A DNA stretch of 45,150 nt, from NCBI GenBank assembly GCA_050258195.1, contig JBLMYI010000052.1, forward strand, positions 1-45,150, read 5' to 3'. Numbering within the stretch: the stretch's first letter is position 1; each line of letters begins with the position of its first letter. The DNA is from Actinomycetota bacterium (GTDB lineage: Bacteria; Desulfobacterota; Deferrimicrobia; Deferrimicrobiales; Deferrimicrobiaceae). A program made the position numbers and the translations under genes. Below the pieces are notes generated by a model that worked only from the letters and a program-made list of their open reading frames with translations, was not told the DNA's origin and did no database searches. Below, in pieces: positions 29,575 to 40,422 of this stretch.

Positions 29575-30129
29575 CTACCCCTGTCCGCCCTCCGGAGTCT
29601 TCTGCGTCTGCGCCCGTGAGGCGCGTGGTTTCGTAGCCTTCGGCGCGGCCTGTTTCACTTTCCGGGCGGCCGGCCTCTTCGTTTCCTTCTCTTCCTTCTT
29701 CTTTCCCGCGGTTTTCGCGGGAGCTTTCTTCGCCGCCGCCTTTTTCTTTCCCTTCGCGCCGACCTTCTTCTCCTCCGCCGGCAGGTACTCGATGATCGCC
29801 ATCTCGGCCCCGTCTCCGATCCGGAACCCCGTCCGGACGATCCGGGTGTACCCGCCCTGGCGCCCGGCGAACCGGCCCGCCAGCGTGGCGAACAGCTTGT
29901 CGGTGGCCCCCTTGTCGGTCAGGAGGGAAAAAACCCGCCGGCGCGAATGGAGCGTTCCGGCCTTCCCGAGGGTGATCAGACGGTCCGCAAGCGGCCGCAG
30001 CTCCTTCGCTTTCGAAATGGTGGTCTCGATCCGCTCGGCGTGAACGAGCGCGTTCATCATGTTCCGCAGCAGCGCCTTGCGGTGCGCGGGTTTCCTTCCC
30101 AGCTTCCTGTGGTCGATTCCGTGGCGCAT
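29575..30129 (-). CDS. rplQ: 50S ribosomal protein bL17 with a Lys/Ala-rich C-terminal tail
   Basis: MRHGIDHRKLGR, IETTISKAKE, GGYTRI, GDGAEMAIIE. Confidence 0.97.
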   Translation of the reverse strand: MRHGIDHRKLGRKPAHRKALLRNMMNALVHAERIETTISKAKELRPLADRLITLGKAGTLHSRRRVFSLLTDKGATDKLFATLAGRFAGRQGGYTRIVRTGFRIGDGAEMAIIEYLPAEEKKVGAKGKKKAAAKKAPAKTAGKKKEEKETKRPAARKVKQAAPKATKPRASRAQTQKTPEGGQG

Positions 30130-30154
30130 AAGAAATCCTCGTCTCTCCGATTGA

Positions 30155-31162
30155 TCAATCCTCTTTCCGCGGCGGGCTGAACTTTTCCGGGGCGAACTCG
30201 TCGATCTTCATCCCGAGCGAGAACCCCATCCCGACCAGGACATCCTTGATCTCGTTGAGGCTCTTCTTCCCGAAGTTCTTGGTCTTGAGCATCTCCTGCT
30301 CGCTTTTCTGGACGAGCTCGCCGATGTACTTGATATCGGCGTTCTTCAGGCAATTGTAGGCGCGAACCGAGAGCTCCAGCTCTTCCACCGGCTTGTAGAG
30401 ATTCTCGTTCGCCCCCCCCTCCTCGAGCCGCGCCGGCTCGTCGGGGATTTCCGCCTCGTCGTCGAAATTGATGAAGACGGTCAACTGGTCCTTCATGATC
30501 TTCGCCGCGTAGGCTACGGCGTCGGCGGGAAGGAGGGAGCCGTCCGTCCAGATCTCGAGCGTCAGGCGGTCGTAGTCGGTCTGCTGCCCGACCCGGGCGT
30601 TGGTCACGGAGAAATTGACCTTCCGGATCGGCGAAAAGATGGCGTCGATGGGAATCGTCCCGATCGGGGCGTTCTCCTCGAGATTCCGCTCGGCCGGGAC
30701 ATACCCTTTCCCCATCCGGACGGTCATCTCCATGCGAAGCTTCGCGTTCGCGGAGAGTTCGGCGATGTGGTGGTCCCGGTTCAGGATCTCCACCATCGGG
30801 TCCGGGGAGATGTCGGAGGCCTTTACCCGGCGGGGCCCCTTCGCCTCCAGCACGAGCGTGCGCTGCTCCGGCGAATGCATCCGGAGGCGGACCTCCTTGA
30901 GGTTGAGGACGACGTCGGTGACGTCCTCCACTACCCCCGTCATCGTGGAGAATTCGTGCTGCACCCCCTCGATCCGTACCGAAGTGATGGCGCCGCCCTG
31001 CAGGGAGGACAGGAGGATCCTGCGGAGGGCGTTTCCGAGGGTGGTTCCGAATCCCCGTTCGAGGGGCTCGGCCACGAATTTTCCGTAATTGAACGTCGCC
31101 GTGTCGGTCTGGACCTCGATGCGGCGCGGCTTGATCATCTGTTTCCAGTTTCGCTGAAACAT
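30155..31162 (-). CDS. rpoA: RNA polymerase alpha subunit
   Basis: [41 protein letters not shown]. Start trimmed to MFQRNW. Confidence 0.98.
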   Translation of the reverse strand: MFQRNWKQMIKPRRIEVQTDTATFNYGKFVAEPLERGFGTTLGNALRRILLSSLQGGAITSVRIEGVQHEFSTMTGVVEDVTDVVLNLKEVRLRMHSPEQRTLVLEAKGPRRVKASDISPDPMVEILNRDHHIAELSANAKLRMEMTVRMGKGYVPAERNLEENAPIGTIPIDAIFSPIRKVNFSVTNARVGQQTDYDRLTLEIWTDGSLLPADAVAYAAKIMKDQLTVFINFDDEAEIPDEPARLEEGGANENLYKPVEELELSVRAYNCLKNADIKYIGELVQKSEQEMLKTKNFGKKSLNEIKDVLVGMGFSLGMKIDEFAPEKFSPPRKED

Positions 31163-31192
31163 GCGTCCCCCTTCTCCTGCCCCCAAAGAGTC

Positions 31193-31819
31193 TTACTTCG
31201 AGTAGAGCTCGACGATCAACTGTTCCTGGATCGGCTCCTGGATGTCCGCCCGGGACGGCAGCGTTTTGATCTTCCCGCGGAAACTGTCGCGTTCGAGCTC
31301 GAGCCAGGGCGGAATGCCCTTTCGGACCACGGCGTCGAGCGACTCGTTCACGTTCGGGATCTTCCGGCTCTTTTCGCGCAGTTCGAGGACGTCTCCCGAA
31401 CGGACGAGAAAGGACGGGATGTTCACCTTCTTCCCGTTCACGAGGAAGTGGCCGTGCCGCACGATCTGCCGGCTTTCCCTGCGGGTCGGGGCGAATCCGA
31501 GCTTGTAGGCAACGCTGTCCAGGCGGCGCTCGAGGAGGATCAGCAGGTTTTCGCCGGTCTTCCCCTTCATCCCTTCCGCCTTCTCGAAATAGTTGCGGAA
31601 CTGGCGCTCCAGCAGACCGTAGATCCGCTTCGCCTTCTGCTTCTCCCGCAGCTGCACACCGTAGTCGCTATGCTTCGGGCGCCGCTGGCCGTGCTGACCG
31701 GGCGGGTAGCCTCTCCTTTTGATGGCGCACTTGTCGGTGAAGCAGCGATCTCCCTTGAGGTAGAGTTCGATCCCTTCCCGACGACAGAGCCTGCAGACGG
31801 CCTCACGATACCTTGCCAA
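31193..31819 (-). CDS. rpsD: 30S ribosomal protein uS4 (Zn-binding type)
   Basis: CRLCRREG...KGDRC...KC, PGQHG, LERRLD, IVELYSK. Confidence 0.98.
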   Translation of the reverse strand: MARYREAVCRLCRREGIELYLKGDRCFTDKCAIKRRGYPPGQHGQRRPKHSDYGVQLREKQKAKRIYGLLERQFRNYFEKAEGMKGKTGENLLILLERRLDSVAYKLGFAPTRRESRQIVRHGHFLVNGKKVNIPSFLVRSGDVLELREKSRKIPNVNESLDAVVRKGIPPWLELERDSFRGKIKTLPSRADIQEPIQEQLIVELYSK

Positions 31820-31855
31820 AGAAAATTTCCTCCTTGTTCCGTTAGGTTGCGGTGG

Positions 31856-32245
31856 TCAGACGCGACGGCGCTTCGGCGGCCGGCACCCGTTGTGCGGGAT
31901 CGGCGTTACGTCCCGGATGAAGTTCACCTTCAGGCCGGAGGCCTGCAGCGACCGAAGGGCGGCCTCGCGGCCGGACCCGGGGCCCTTGATGTGGACGGTC
32001 ACGGTGTTCACGCCGCTCTCCATCGCCTTCTTCGCGACTTCCTCGGCGGCCACCGTGGCCGCGAACGGAGTGCTTTTCCTCGACCCCTTGAACCCCTTCG
32101 CGCCCGCGCTCGCCCACGCGAGGGTGTTGCCGTCCGGGTCGGTGATCGTGATGATCGTGTTGTTGAAGGTCGCCTGTATGTGGGCCACCCCTACCGGCAC
32201 GTTCCGGCGGACCTTCCTCTTGCCTTTCTTTTTCGGCGTTGCCAT
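31856..32245 (-). CDS. rpsK: 30S ribosomal protein uS11
   Basis: [29 protein letters not shown]. Confidence 0.98.
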   Translation of the reverse strand: MATPKKKGKRKVRRNVPVGVAHIQATFNNTIITITDPDGNTLAWASAGAKGFKGSRKSTPFAATVAAEEVAKKAMESGVNTVTVHIKGPGSGREAALRSLQASGLKVNFIRDVTPIPHNGCRPPKRRRV

Positions 32246-32300
32246 CGTTCCTCCGCACCCGCCCAGCGGCGGGGGTTATCGCCGGCCGGATCAGCCGTCC

Positions 32301-32684
32301 TTATTTCTTCGTGGCTTCCTTCTTCTTTGCGACGGCGCCCTTGCGCGGACCCTTCCGGGTCCGGGCGTTCGTGTGGGTGCGCTGGCCCCGCGCCGGCAGC
32401 CCCTTGCGGTGCCGAAGCCCCCGGTATGCCCCGAGGTCCATCAGGCGCTTGATGTTCATCGATATTTCCTTGCGAAGGTCCCCCTCGACGCGGAAATTGG
32501 CGTCGATCACGTCCCGGATCCGGGCGACCTGGTCCTCGCCCAGCGTGCTCGTCCGCAGATCCGGCGAGACGCGGGCCTCCTCGAGAATCTTCATCGCGGA
32601 GGTCGGACCGATCCCGTAGATGTACGTAAGGGCCGTCCCGATCTTCTTCGTCTTCGGAATGTCCACTCCCGCTATGCGTGCCAA
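32301..32684 (-). CDS. rpsM: 30S ribosomal protein uS13
   Basis: [34 protein letters not shown]. Confidence 0.98.
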   Translation of the reverse strand: MARIAGVDIPKTKKIGTALTYIYGIGPTSAMKILEEARVSPDLRTSTLGEDQVARIRDVIDANFRVEGDLRKEISMNIKRLMDLGAYRGLRHRKGLPARGQRTHTNARTRKGPRKGAVAKKKEATKK

Positions 32685-32732
32685 CCGAGTCCTCCTTAGG
32701 TCCGATCTGTTGCGGCGTCCGTCCCCGCGAGT

Positions 32733-32846
32733 CTATCCCTGGCGCTGCTTGTGCTTCGGGTTCTCGCAGATCACCCGGACGACGCCTTTCCGGCGGATGA
32801 CCTTGCACTTTACGCAGAACTTGCGCACCGACGGTCGTACTTTCAT
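32733..32846 (-). CDS. rpmJ: 50S ribosomal protein bL36 (37 aa; not in ORF track)
   Basis: Hand translation: [37 protein letters not shown]. Confidence 0.97.
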   Translation of the reverse strand: MKVRPSVRKFCVKCKVIRRKGVVRVICENPKHKQRQG

Positions 32847-32859
32847 CTTCGTCCCCTCT

Positions 32860-33078
32860 TCACTTAGATCGGTAGGTGATCCGGCCCCGCGTCAGGTCGT
32901 ACGGCGTCAATTGAACGGTCACCCGATCCCCCGGCAGGATCTTGATGAAGTGCATCCGCATCTTGCCGGAGATGTGAGCGAGCACCTTCATCTTGTTGTC
33001 GAGTTCCACCCGGAACATGGCATTCGGCAACGGCTCGATCACCGTACCCTCGATTTCTATCGCCTCTTCTTTTGCCAT
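32860..33078 (-). CDS. infA: Translation initiation factor IF-1
   Basis: [11 protein letters not shown]...LPNAMFRV...AHISGKMR...[12 protein letters not shown]. An SD (AAGGA) precedes ATG 33078. Confidence 0.97.
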   Translation of the reverse strand: MAKEEAIEIEGTVIEPLPNAMFRVELDNKMKVLAHISGKMRMHFIKILPGDRVTVQLTPYDLTRGRITYRSK

Positions 33079-33099
33079 ATTCCTTCTTGCATCCGCCTG

Positions 33100-33135
33100 G
33101 ATATTACACAATATATCAAGGAAGACTTAATATTT
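33100..33135 (-). promoter_or_regulatory. Candidate internal promoter for infA-rpmJ-alpha genes
   Basis: AT island spanning the map stop, with TGaTATATT (extended -10) and an alternative TTAAGT-N18-TAATAT. Confidence 0.5.
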
Positions 33136-33865
33136 GGTGGCCATCTTCGGTGACTGCCACCGTGTGCTCGAAGTGGGCCGATCGGCTTCGGTCGCGGGTC
33201 ACGACCGTCCACCCGTCCGCGAGGACCTCCACGGGCCATCCCCCGGCGTTCACCATCGGCTCGATGGCCAGGACCATTCCGGGCATCAGTTTCGCGCCGA
33301 CCCCCCTCCTGCCGAAGTTCGGGATCTGCGGATCCTCGTGAAGCGACCTCCCGATCCCGTGCCCGACGAAGTCACGAACCACGGAGAACCCTTCGGCTTC
33401 CACCGTTTCCTGAACGGCCGACGATACGTCGCCCAGCCGGTTTCCTGGCCGGACCTGGCCGATCCCCGCTGCGAGCGACCGCTCGGTCGCCGCGAGAAGC
33501 CGGGAGGAAACGCCGTTCACCGCCCCCACGGGGAAGGTCATCGCGGAATCCCCGTAGAATCCGTCCCGCACGATCCCGAAATCGATGCTCAGGATGTCGC
33601 CTTCCCGAATGACCCGGTCCTTCGTCGGGATCCCGTGGACGACCTCTTCGTTGATCGAGGTGCAAAGATGCGCCGCGTACCCCAGGTACCCCTTGAAGGC
33701 GCTTCTCACGCCGTTCCGGGCGATGAACCGGTCGGCGAACAGCTCGAGCTCCCACGTGCTGACCCCGGGGAGAACCAACGACCTCACTTCCTCAAAGAAC
33801 CTTCCTACGACGGCGCCCGCGCGCCGCATCACCTCGATCTCGCGAGGCGACTTGATCAGAATCAT
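33116..33865 (-). CDS. map: Methionine aminopeptidase type I
   Basis: [15 protein letters not shown]...GDSA, GHGIG, IEPM, SAHFEHT. Start trimmed to MILIKS. Confidence 0.96.
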   Translation of the reverse strand: MILIKSPREIEVMRRAGAVVGRFFEEVRSLVLPGVSTWELELFADRFIARNGVRSAFKGYLGYAAHLCTSINEEVVHGIPTKDRVIREGDILSIDFGIVRDGFYGDSAMTFPVGAVNGVSSRLLAATERSLAAGIGQVRPGNRLGDVSSAVQETVEAEGFSVVRDFVGHGIGRSLHEDPQIPNFGRRGVGAKLMPGMVLAIEPMVNAGGWPVEVLADGWTVVTRDRSRSAHFEHTVAVTEDGHQILSLP

Positions 33866-33867
33866 CC

Positions 33868-34512
33868 CTACCGCAGGATCTTCAGGATCCCGGCGTAGAT
33901 GGCGTCGATCTCGCCGGAAGCCATCACGGACCGGATTTTCCCCGTGTTCCTGTAATAATCGAGCAATGGAGCAGTGGCCTTGTTGTAGTTGGCCAGCCGG
34001 GTCTTGATCGTCTCTTCCTTGTCGTCGTCCCGCTGGATCAGGGCGGTTCCGCACTTGTCGCACTTCCCCTCGGCCTTGGGCGGGTTGAAGGTCACGTGGT
34101 ACATCGCCCCGCAGCTTGTGCAGGTCCGGCGCCCGCACAGGCGTTCCATCAGCTCGTTCTGGTCGACCTCGAGGGAGAGGACGAATCGGATCTCCTTCCC
34201 CAGCTCCTTCGCCACCCGGTCGAGCGCCTGGGCCTGCGGGATCGTTCGGGGGAATCCGTCGAGAATGAACCCCTTCCCGCAATCGCGCTCCGCGAGGCGC
34301 TCCTTGACGATCCCGATGACAACCTCGTCCGGGACCAGCCCCCCCGCGTCCATGAACGCCTTCGCCTGTTTCCCGAGCGCCGTCCCGTTCTTGACCGCCG
34401 CCCGGAGCATGTCCCCGGTGGAGATCTGCGGGATGGAGAACGCCTGGGTCAACTTCTTGGCCTGGGTGCCTTTCCCCGCGCCGGGGGGACCCAGAAGGAT
34501 GATTCCCATCAT
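33868..34512 (-). CDS. adk: Adenylate kinase (Zn-binding LID)
   Basis: [28 protein letters not shown]...CDKC. Confidence 0.97.
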   Translation of the reverse strand: MMGIILLGPPGAGKGTQAKKLTQAFSIPQISTGDMLRAAVKNGTALGKQAKAFMDAGGLVPDEVVIGIVKERLAERDCGKGFILDGFPRTIPQAQALDRVAKELGKEIRFVLSLEVDQNELMERLCGRRTCTSCGAMYHVTFNPPKAEGKCDKCGTALIQRDDDKEETIKTRLANYNKATAPLLDYYRNTGKIRSVMASGEIDAIYAGILKILR

Positions 34513-34516
34513 CGAC

Positions 34517-35824
34517 TTATCCCCTCCTCCCCTTCATCTGTCCTTTCTTGAGGAACCCTTCGTAATGACGCGTGATCAGATGCGACTCGATCTGCTGGAC
34601 CGTGTCCATCGCAACGCCCACCACGATCAGGAGCCCCGTTCCCCCGAAATAGAAGGGGACGTTGAAGCGGGCGATGAGGATGCTCGGCAGGACGCAGATG
34701 ACGGACACGTAGATCGCGCCGCCCAATGTGATCCGCGTCAGGATCTTGTCGATGTACTCCGCCGTCTTCTTCCCGGGGCGGATCCCCGGGACGAACCCCC
34801 CGTACTTCTTCATGTTGTCCGCGACGTCGACCGGATTGAACGTCACGGCCGTGTAGAAGTAGCAGAAGAAGATGATGAAGGCGACGAAGAGGATCTCGTA
34901 CCCCACCCGACCCGGCGTCAGGACGTCGGAGATCGTGCGCGTAATCGGGTGCTTGATGAAGCTGGCGATCGTCGCGGGGAAGAGCAGGATGGAGGAGGCG
35001 AAGATCGGCGGGATGACGCCGGCCGTGTTCACCTTCAGCGGCAGATGGGTGCTCTGCCCCCCGTAGACTTTCCGCCCGACGATCCTCCGCGCGTACTGCA
35101 CCGGGATCCGCCGGTGCGCCCGCTCGAAGTAGATGATGACGGCGACGACGGCGACCATGAGCAGCAGCAGGAACAGCGCGGAGAAGATGTTCATTTCCCC
35201 CGTGCGGACCAGGGTGACCGTCCGCACCAAACCGCTCGGGAACCGTGCCACGATGCCGGCGAAGATGATGAGCGAGATCCCGTTGCCGATCCCGCGCTCC
35301 GTGATCTGCTCGCCCAGCCACATGAGGAACGCCGTTCCCGAGGTGAGGGTGATGACCGTCATGATCCGGAACGCCCACCCCGGGTGGTAGACGACGGATC
35401 CTGCTCCCGCGGACACGCTTTCCAGCCCGACGGCGATCCCCATCCCCTGGATGACGGACAGGACGATCGTTCCGTACCGGGTGTATTGCGTGATTTTCCG
35501 CCTCCCGAGCTCGCCTTCCTTGGAGAGTTTCTCGAGCTGTGGGATGACGACCGTCAGCAGCTGCAGGATGATCGATGAACTGATGTACGGCATGATGCCG
35601 AGAGTGAAGATGGAGAAGCGCGCGAGCGCCCCCCCGGAGAACATGTCGATCAGGCCGAAGAGGGTGCCCGCCTGACTCTCGAACACCGCCTTGAGCGCGA
35701 GGTTGTCGATCCCCGGCGTGGGGATGTGGATCCCGATCCGGTAGACGATGAGCAGGAGCCCCGTTACGAGGATCCGCCGCTTGAGCTCCGGCACCCGCGT
35801 GATGTTCTGGAAGCCGCCGAGCAC
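34517..35824 (-). CDS. secY: Preprotein translocase SecY
   Basis: [49 protein letters not shown]. Confidence 0.98.
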   Translation of the reverse strand: MLGGFQNITRVPELKRRILVTGLLLIVYRIGIHIPTPGIDNLALKAVFESQAGTLFGLIDMFSGGALARFSIFTLGIMPYISSSIILQLLTVVIPQLEKLSKEGELGRRKITQYTRYGTIVLSVIQGMGIAVGLESVSAGAGSVVYHPGWAFRIMTVITLTSGTAFLMWLGEQITERGIGNGISLIIFAGIVARFPSGLVRTVTLVRTGEMNIFSALFLLLLMVAVVAVIIYFERAHRRIPVQYARRIVGRKVYGGQSTHLPLKVNTAGVIPPIFASSILLFPATIASFIKHPITRTISDVLTPGRVGYEILFVAFIIFFCYFYTAVTFNPVDVADNMKKYGGFVPGIRPGKKTAEYIDKILTRITLGGAIYVSVICVLPSILIARFNVPFYFGGTGLLIVVGVAMDTVQQIESHLITRHYEGFLKKGQMKGRRG

Positions 35825-35828
35825 CGGT

Positions 35829-36269
35829 TCAGACCTCCACGGTCCCGCCGGCGGCCACGACTTTCACGACGGCGGACTTGCTTGCACGATCGACCTTCAC
35901 GGTGAGCTTCCGGGTCACCTCGCCGTTCCCGAGAAGCTTGATCCCCCCCGGGCAGGCGCCTTTCACGAGGCCCTCCCGCCGGAGCGCCTCGGCGTCGACG
36001 ACGGCGCCCGGTTCGAACCGGTTCAGTTCCTTCACGTTGACGAAGGCCGTCTCTTCCCGGAAGACGTTGACGAACCCGCGCTTCGGAATCCGGCGCTGGA
36101 GGGGCATCTGCCCGCCTTCGTAGCCGGGTTTCGTCCCGCCGCCGCTGCGCGCCTTCAGCCCCTTGTTCCCCTTGCCGGAGGTCTTCCCGAGCCCGGAGCC
36201 TTCGCCCCTGCCGACGCGCTTGCGCGCGCTTTTCGCCCCTTTCGCGGGGCGGAGATCCGTGAGTTTCAT
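35829..36269 (-). CDS. rplO: 50S ribosomal protein uL15
   Basis: [30 protein letters not shown]. Confidence 0.97.
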   Translation of the reverse strand: MKLTDLRPAKGAKSARKRVGRGEGSGLGKTSGKGNKGLKARSGGGTKPGYEGGQMPLQRRIPKRGFVNVFREETAFVNVKELNRFEPGAVVDAEALRREGLVKGACPGGIKLLGNGEVTRKLTVKVDRASKSAVVKVVAAGGTVEV

Positions 36270-36460
36270 GACTTCTCTCCCACCTCTTCCATACTGACGA
36301 GGAACTTGACCTTCTCGACCATCCCGCGGATCTCCGGCGTATCCAGCCGGATGACGGGTCGGTTCAACCGGGTGATCCCGAGCCCCTGGACGACCTTGCG
36401 ATGGTATGCGGTTCTCCCGCTCAAACCCCGCAGGAGGGTGATCCGAAGTTTTCCGCTCAT
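36266..36460 (-). CDS. rpmD: 50S ribosomal protein uL30
   Basis: Size, position, and LGITRLN...DTPEIRGMV. Confidence 0.93.
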   Translation of the reverse strand: MSGKLRITLLRGLSGRTAYHRKVVQGLGITRLNRPVIRLDTPEIRGMVEKVKFLVSMEEVGEKS

Positions 36461-36957
36461 GCCGTCGCCTCTTCCTCTTTCGGGCCCCGGACCGCGAGGA
36501 TCTGCGCCGCGGTCCGCAACTGGGAAAGCCCCTCGATCGTCGCCTTCACGAGGTTGTGGGGATTGTTGCTCCCCAGGGATTTCGTCAGGATGTTCGAGAT
36601 CCCGCTGGACTCGATCACGGCGCGAACTCCGCCGCCGGCGATGACGCCGGTCCCCGGAGAGGCGGGACGGATGATGACCTTCGCGGCCCCGAACTCGCCG
36701 GTCACCCCGTGCGGGATGGTGCCGTCCACCAGCGGAACCACGATCAGCGAGCGCTTGGCGTTCTGCACCGCCTTGCGGATCGCGTCGGGAACCTCGTTCG
36801 CCTTCCCGAGACCCGTCCCGACGTGCCCGTTGGCGTCGCCGACGACGACGACCGCGCTGAAGGAGAACCGGCGTCCGCCCTTCACGACCTTGGCGACGCG
36901 GCTGATGTGCACGACGCGGTCCTTCAAATCAAGCCCTTCCGGATCGACTCTTTTCAA
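36457..36957 (-). CDS. rpsE: 30S ribosomal protein uS5
   Basis: [36 protein letters not shown] start at 36957 after GAGGAAGG. Confidence 0.96.
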   Translation of the reverse strand: MKRVDPEGLDLKDRVVHISRVAKVVKGGRRFSFSAVVVVGDANGHVGTGLGKANEVPDAIRKAVQNAKRSLIVVPLVDGTIPHGVTGEFGAAKVIIRPASPGTGVIAGGGVRAVIESSGISNILTKSLGSNNPHNLVKATIEGLSQLRTAAQILAVRGPKEEEATA

Positions 36958-36997
36958 GCCTTCCTCCCCGTCCCCTCGCGAAAGTGTGCGTTCATTG

Positions 36998-37366
36998 TCA
37001 GAACACCAACCCGGATTCGCGGGCTCCGTCCGCCAGGGCCTTGATCCGTCCATGGTAGAGGAAGCCGTTCCGGTCGAACACCACCTGCTGGATGTTTTTC
37101 TCCAGTGCCTTTTTCCCGATCCACTGCCCCACCTTCTTCGCCGCGCCGCTCTTGTCGAGGTCGCCGATCTCCGCCCGGAGATCCGGGGAGAGGGTTGACG
37201 CCGCGAGGATGGTCGACCCGGTGGAGTCGATCACCAACTGGGCGTATATATGCTTCGCGCTGCGGAAGACGGACAGCCGCGGACGCTGCTCGGTGCCGAA
37301 GATCCGCTTGCGGATCCGGCCTTTCCGGTTCTGTCGTGCGGTTTCCCGCTGGTTTTTCTGGCTCAT
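36998..37366 (-). CDS. rplR: 50S ribosomal protein uL18
   Basis: [24 protein letters not shown]. Confidence 0.97.
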   Translation of the reverse strand: MSQKNQRETARQNRKGRIRKRIFGTEQRPRLSVFRSAKHIYAQLVIDSTGSTILAASTLSPDLRAEIGDLDKSGAAKKVGQWIGKKALEKNIQQVVFDRNGFLYHGRIKALADGARESGLVF

Positions 37367-37406
37367 GGTGTCCCGATCCCCATCGTAAGGAATTGCGCGT
37401 TGTCCA

Positions 37407-37940
37407 CTACTTGCCCGCCGCCTTCCCGACCTTCTTGATCAGCCGCTCCCCGCGGTAACGGATTCCCTTGTTCTTGTAAACATCCGGCTTCCGGAGGTTC
37501 CGGACGCGGGCGGCCGTTTCCCCGAGCAGTTCCTTGTCGAACCCGCTCAGCTTGATCACGGTGTTCGATTCCACCTGCGCGGTCACGCCCTTCGGCAGGG
37601 GGAAAACGACCGGGTGGGAATACCCCAGCGCCAGGTGAAGCGCCCCCCCCTTCGACTCCGCCTTGTACCCCACGCCGACGATCTCCAGGATTCGCTGGAA
37701 GCCGTCGGTCACTCCCCGCACCATGTTGGCCAGGAGCGTGCGGTACATGCCGTAGAGGTTCCGGGCGTCCGCGTCGAGAAGAATGACCGTCGCCGATCCA
37801 TCCTTCACTTCCACGGCCACTTTCGCGGGGATCGGTCGGGCTAGCCGCCCGTTCTTCCCGGAGACGGTCAGCACGCCGTTCACGGCCTCCACCTTGACTC
37901 CGGCGGGAAGGACCACCGGTTTTTTACCGATTCTCGACAT
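37407..37940 (-). CDS. rplF: 50S ribosomal protein uL6
   Basis: [31 protein letters not shown]. Confidence 0.97.
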   Translation of the reverse strand: MSRIGKKPVVLPAGVKVEAVNGVLTVSGKNGRLARPIPAKVAVEVKDGSATVILLDADARNLYGMYRTLLANMVRGVTDGFQRILEIVGVGYKAESKGGALHLALGYSHPVVFPLPKGVTAQVESNTVIKLSGFDKELLGETAARVRNLRKPDVYKNKGIRYRGERLIKKVGKAAGK

Positions 37941-37976
37941 CGTTTCGCTCCTCGTTGGAAAGAACCCCAAACACCC

Positions 37977-38381
37977 CTACCAGATCTCGCAGAGCAGCTC
38001 TCCGCCGATCGAAAGCTTCTTCGCCTTTTCCCCGGTCATGACGCCGCGCGACGTGGAGACGATCGCGATGCCGAACCCGTTCTTCACCGTCGGGATGTCG
38101 TCCTTCCCGACATAGAGACGACGCCCCGGCCGACTCATCCGGCGTATCCCCTTGATGGCGTATCCGGTCTCCGGAGTCGATTTCAGCGCGATGCGGAGGT
38201 GGCTCCCGTTTTTTTCGTTCACGACCCGGAATCCCTTGATGAACCCCTCCTCCTTGAGGATCTGCGTGATCCCCTGAAGGATGTTCGTCGATGGGATCTC
38301 CATCTGCTCGAAGCGCGCCTGCTGGGCGTTCCGCAGCCTCACCAGCAGATCCGATACGTGATCGTTGTTCGCCATTGACAT
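37977..38381 (-). CDS. rpsH: 30S ribosomal protein uS8 (divergent N-terminal half)
   Basis: Position, RLRNA, LKEEGFI, SRPGRRLY, STSRGVMT, GGELLCEIW. Start at 38381 or 38375. Confidence 0.95.
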   Translation of the reverse strand: MSMANNDHVSDLLVRLRNAQQARFEQMEIPSTNILQGITQILKEEGFIKGFRVVNEKNGSHLRIALKSTPETGYAIKGIRRMSRPGRRLYVGKDDIPTVKNGFGIAIVSTSRGVMTGEKAKKLSIGGELLCEIW

Positions 38382-38392
38382 GCTCGTCCCCC

Positions 38393-38578
38393 CTACCAGC
38401 TCGCCTTGGTCACGCCGGGAAGCTCCCCGCGAAGGGCGAGCTGCCGCAGGCAGATCCGGCACAACTGGAACTTCCGGTAGAAAGCGCGCGGCCTGCCGCA
38501 GCGCGGACACCGGTTGTATTTCCGGACGGCGAATTTCGGCGTCCGTTTCGACTTGGCGATGATCGATTTCTTGGCCAA
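38393..38578 (-). CDS. rpsN: 30S ribosomal protein uS14 type Z (Zn-binding)
   Basis: 61 aa with CPRC...CRIC and PGVTKASW. Confidence 0.97.
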   Translation of the reverse strand: MAKKSIIAKSKRTPKFAVRKYNRCPRCGRPRAFYRKFQLCRICLRQLALRGELPGVTKASW

Positions 38579-38598
38579 CGTCTGCTCTCCTCTCTAGC

Positions 38599-39138
38599 TT
38601 ACGCCCGGAAGGGCATTCCCATGAGCCGCAGGAGCTCAAGGCCTTCTTCGTCGGTCCGGGCCGTGGTCACGATGGTGATGTTCATGCCGCGGATCTTGTC
38701 GATCTTGTCGTAATTCACCTCGGGGAACATGATCTGTTCCCGGATCCCGATGGTATAGTTGCCGCGGCCGTCGAATCCCCGCGGGGAAACGCCCTTGAAG
38801 TCGCGCACGCGGGGGAGGGCGATCGCGATCAGCTTGTCGAGAAAGTGGTACATCCGGTCCCGCCGCAGCGTGACCATGACGCCGATGGGAACCCCTTCCC
38901 GCAGCTTGAAGTTCGCGATGCTCTTGCGCGCCTTGGTCACCACCGGCTTCTGCCCCGTGATGATGGCGATCTCTCCGGCGGCGGTCTCGATCACCTTTGC
39001 GTTTTCGATCGCATCGCCGAGCCCCATGTTCACGACGACCTTGGAGAGCCTGGGCACCTGCATCACGTTCCGGTACCCGAATTTCTCCTTCAGCTTGGGA
39101 ACGATCTCCGCCTTGTACTGGTCCTGCAATCTCGCCAT
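38599..39138 (-). CDS. rplE: 50S ribosomal protein uL5
   Basis: [27 protein letters not shown]. Confidence 0.98.
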   Translation of the reverse strand: MARLQDQYKAEIVPKLKEKFGYRNVMQVPRLSKVVVNMGLGDAIENAKVIETAAGEIAIITGQKPVVTKARKSIANFKLREGVPIGVMVTLRRDRMYHFLDKLIAIALPRVRDFKGVSPRGFDGRGNYTIGIREQIMFPEVNYDKIDKIRGMNITIVTTARTDEEGLELLRLMGMPFRA

Positions 39139-39179
39139 TTCCGATCACCCCCATCCGCCGTTCCGGCGGAGGCATCCTT

Positions 39180-39521
39180 TCACTTCTTTTTGGCTTCCAG
39201 AACGTCCCCGCACCGCTTGCAGACGCGGCTGCGCTTCCCCTCACCGTCGGCCGCCATCGCGATCCGTGTCGGCTTGTTGCATTTGTCGCACATGACGAGG
39301 ACGTTGGAGTAGGAGAGCGGCGCCTCCTTCTCCACGATTCCGCCCTGCGGGGTCGTCTTCCCGGGCTTCGTGTGCCGCTTTACCATGTTGAGTTTCTCGA
39401 CGAACACCCTGGCCTTTTCGCGGTCGATCTTGAGAACCCGGCCGACCTTCCCTTTTTCCCGCCCGGCGATCACCTTGACGATGTCGTTCTTGCGGATCTG
39501 CGTTTTGTTCGCGGATTCCAT
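39180..39521 (-). CDS. rplX: 50S ribosomal protein uL24
   Basis: KOW motif VKVIAGREKGKVG, GGIVEKEAP, CDKC...CKRC. Start trimmed to MESANK. Confidence 0.96.
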   Translation of the reverse strand: MESANKTQIRKNDIVKVIAGREKGKVGRVLKIDREKARVFVEKLNMVKRHTKPGKTTPQGGIVEKEAPLSYSNVLVMCDKCNKPTRIAMAADGEGKRSRVCKRCGDVLEAKKK

Positions 39522-39535
39522 TCCGCCCCTCCGGC

Positions 39536-39904
39536 TCACAGGACTTCCGGCGCCAGGGAGATGATCTTCATGTACTTCCTGGCGCGCAGCTCGCGGGCGA
39601 CGGGTCCGAAGATGCGGGTCCCGATCGGTTCCCCCTGAGGATTGACGAGAACGGCGGAGTTCTGGTCGAAGCGAAGGAAGCTGCCGTCCGCCCGGCCGAT
39701 CTCCTTCACGGTCCGTACGACGACCGCCTTGTGGACGTCCCCCTTCTTCACCTTGCCGTTGGGGATCGCCTCCTTGACGCTCACGACGATGACGTCGCCC
39801 ACCCCGGCGTACCGGCGCCGGCTGCCGCCGAGCACCTTGATGCAGCATAGACGCTTCGCACCCGAGTTGTCGGCCGCGTCGAGCATGGTTTGCATCTGGA
39901 TCAT
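39536..39904 (-). CDS. rplN: 50S ribosomal protein uL14
   Basis: [26 protein letters not shown]. Confidence 0.98.
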   Translation of the reverse strand: MIQMQTMLDAADNSGAKRLCCIKVLGGSRRRYAGVGDVIVVSVKEAIPNGKVKKGDVHKAVVVRTVKEIGRADGSFLRFDQNSAVLVNPQGEPIGTRIFGPVARELRARKYMKIISLAPEVL

Positions 39905-39932
39905 TTCGTTTTCTCCGCCGGAATTTGTCGGC

Positions 39933-40196
39933 TCACTGCTCGGCGACGCGCTCGATCAGCCGGACGACGCGCCACCTCTTGTCCTTGCTCATCGGCCGCG
40001 TCTCGACGATCTCGACGCGGTCGCCGAGCCGGAACTCGTTTTTCTCGTCGTGCGCCTTGAAGTTGACGCGGCGCCTCACGTATTTCTTGTAGACGTCGTG
40101 CGGCACAAGCCGCTCCACACGGACGACCACGGTCTTGTCCATCTTGTCGCTGATGATCGTCCCCACCTTCTTTTTCCGCGCACCGCGGGCTTCCAT
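39933..40196 (-). CDS. rpsQ: 30S ribosomal protein uS17
   Basis: [25 protein letters not shown]. An SD (GGAGG) favours ATG 40196 (alternative 40214). Confidence 0.96.
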   Translation of the reverse strand: MEARGARKKKVGTIISDKMDKTVVVRVERLVPHDVYKKYVRRRVNFKAHDEKNEFRLGDRVEIVETRPMSKDKRWRVVRLIERVAEQ

Positions 40197-40215
40197 CGCA
40201 CCCTCCGCCGTCATG

Positions 40216-40416
40216 TCAGTTCGCCTTCCCTTCCGTCTTCGCGTGGAGGAACGTCGCGACGCGGGCGAGGTCCCTGCGCCGGTTCCGGATCAGCATCTTG
40301 TTTTCCAGAGCCGACGCGGCACGCTTCATCTTCAAGCGGAAGATCTCGTCGCGCAGCTCCCGCTCCTTCTGGCGGAGTTCTTCCGGGCCGAGATCCCGCA
40401 CATCCTTTGTCTTCAT
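40216..40416 (-). CDS. rpmC: 50S ribosomal protein uL29
   Basis: Size, position, and EIFRLKM...LEN...RRDLARV. Confidence 0.93.
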   Translation of the reverse strand: MKTKDVRDLGPEELRQKERELRDEIFRLKMKRAASALENKMLIRNRRRDLARVATFLHAKTEGKAN

Positions 40417-40422
40417 CGCCGT

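Noticed and set aside
31838-31852. TTAGGTT resembling a DtxR/IdeR half-site between rpsK and rpsD
   Set aside because: There is no matching inverted half-site and no link to the metal unit.
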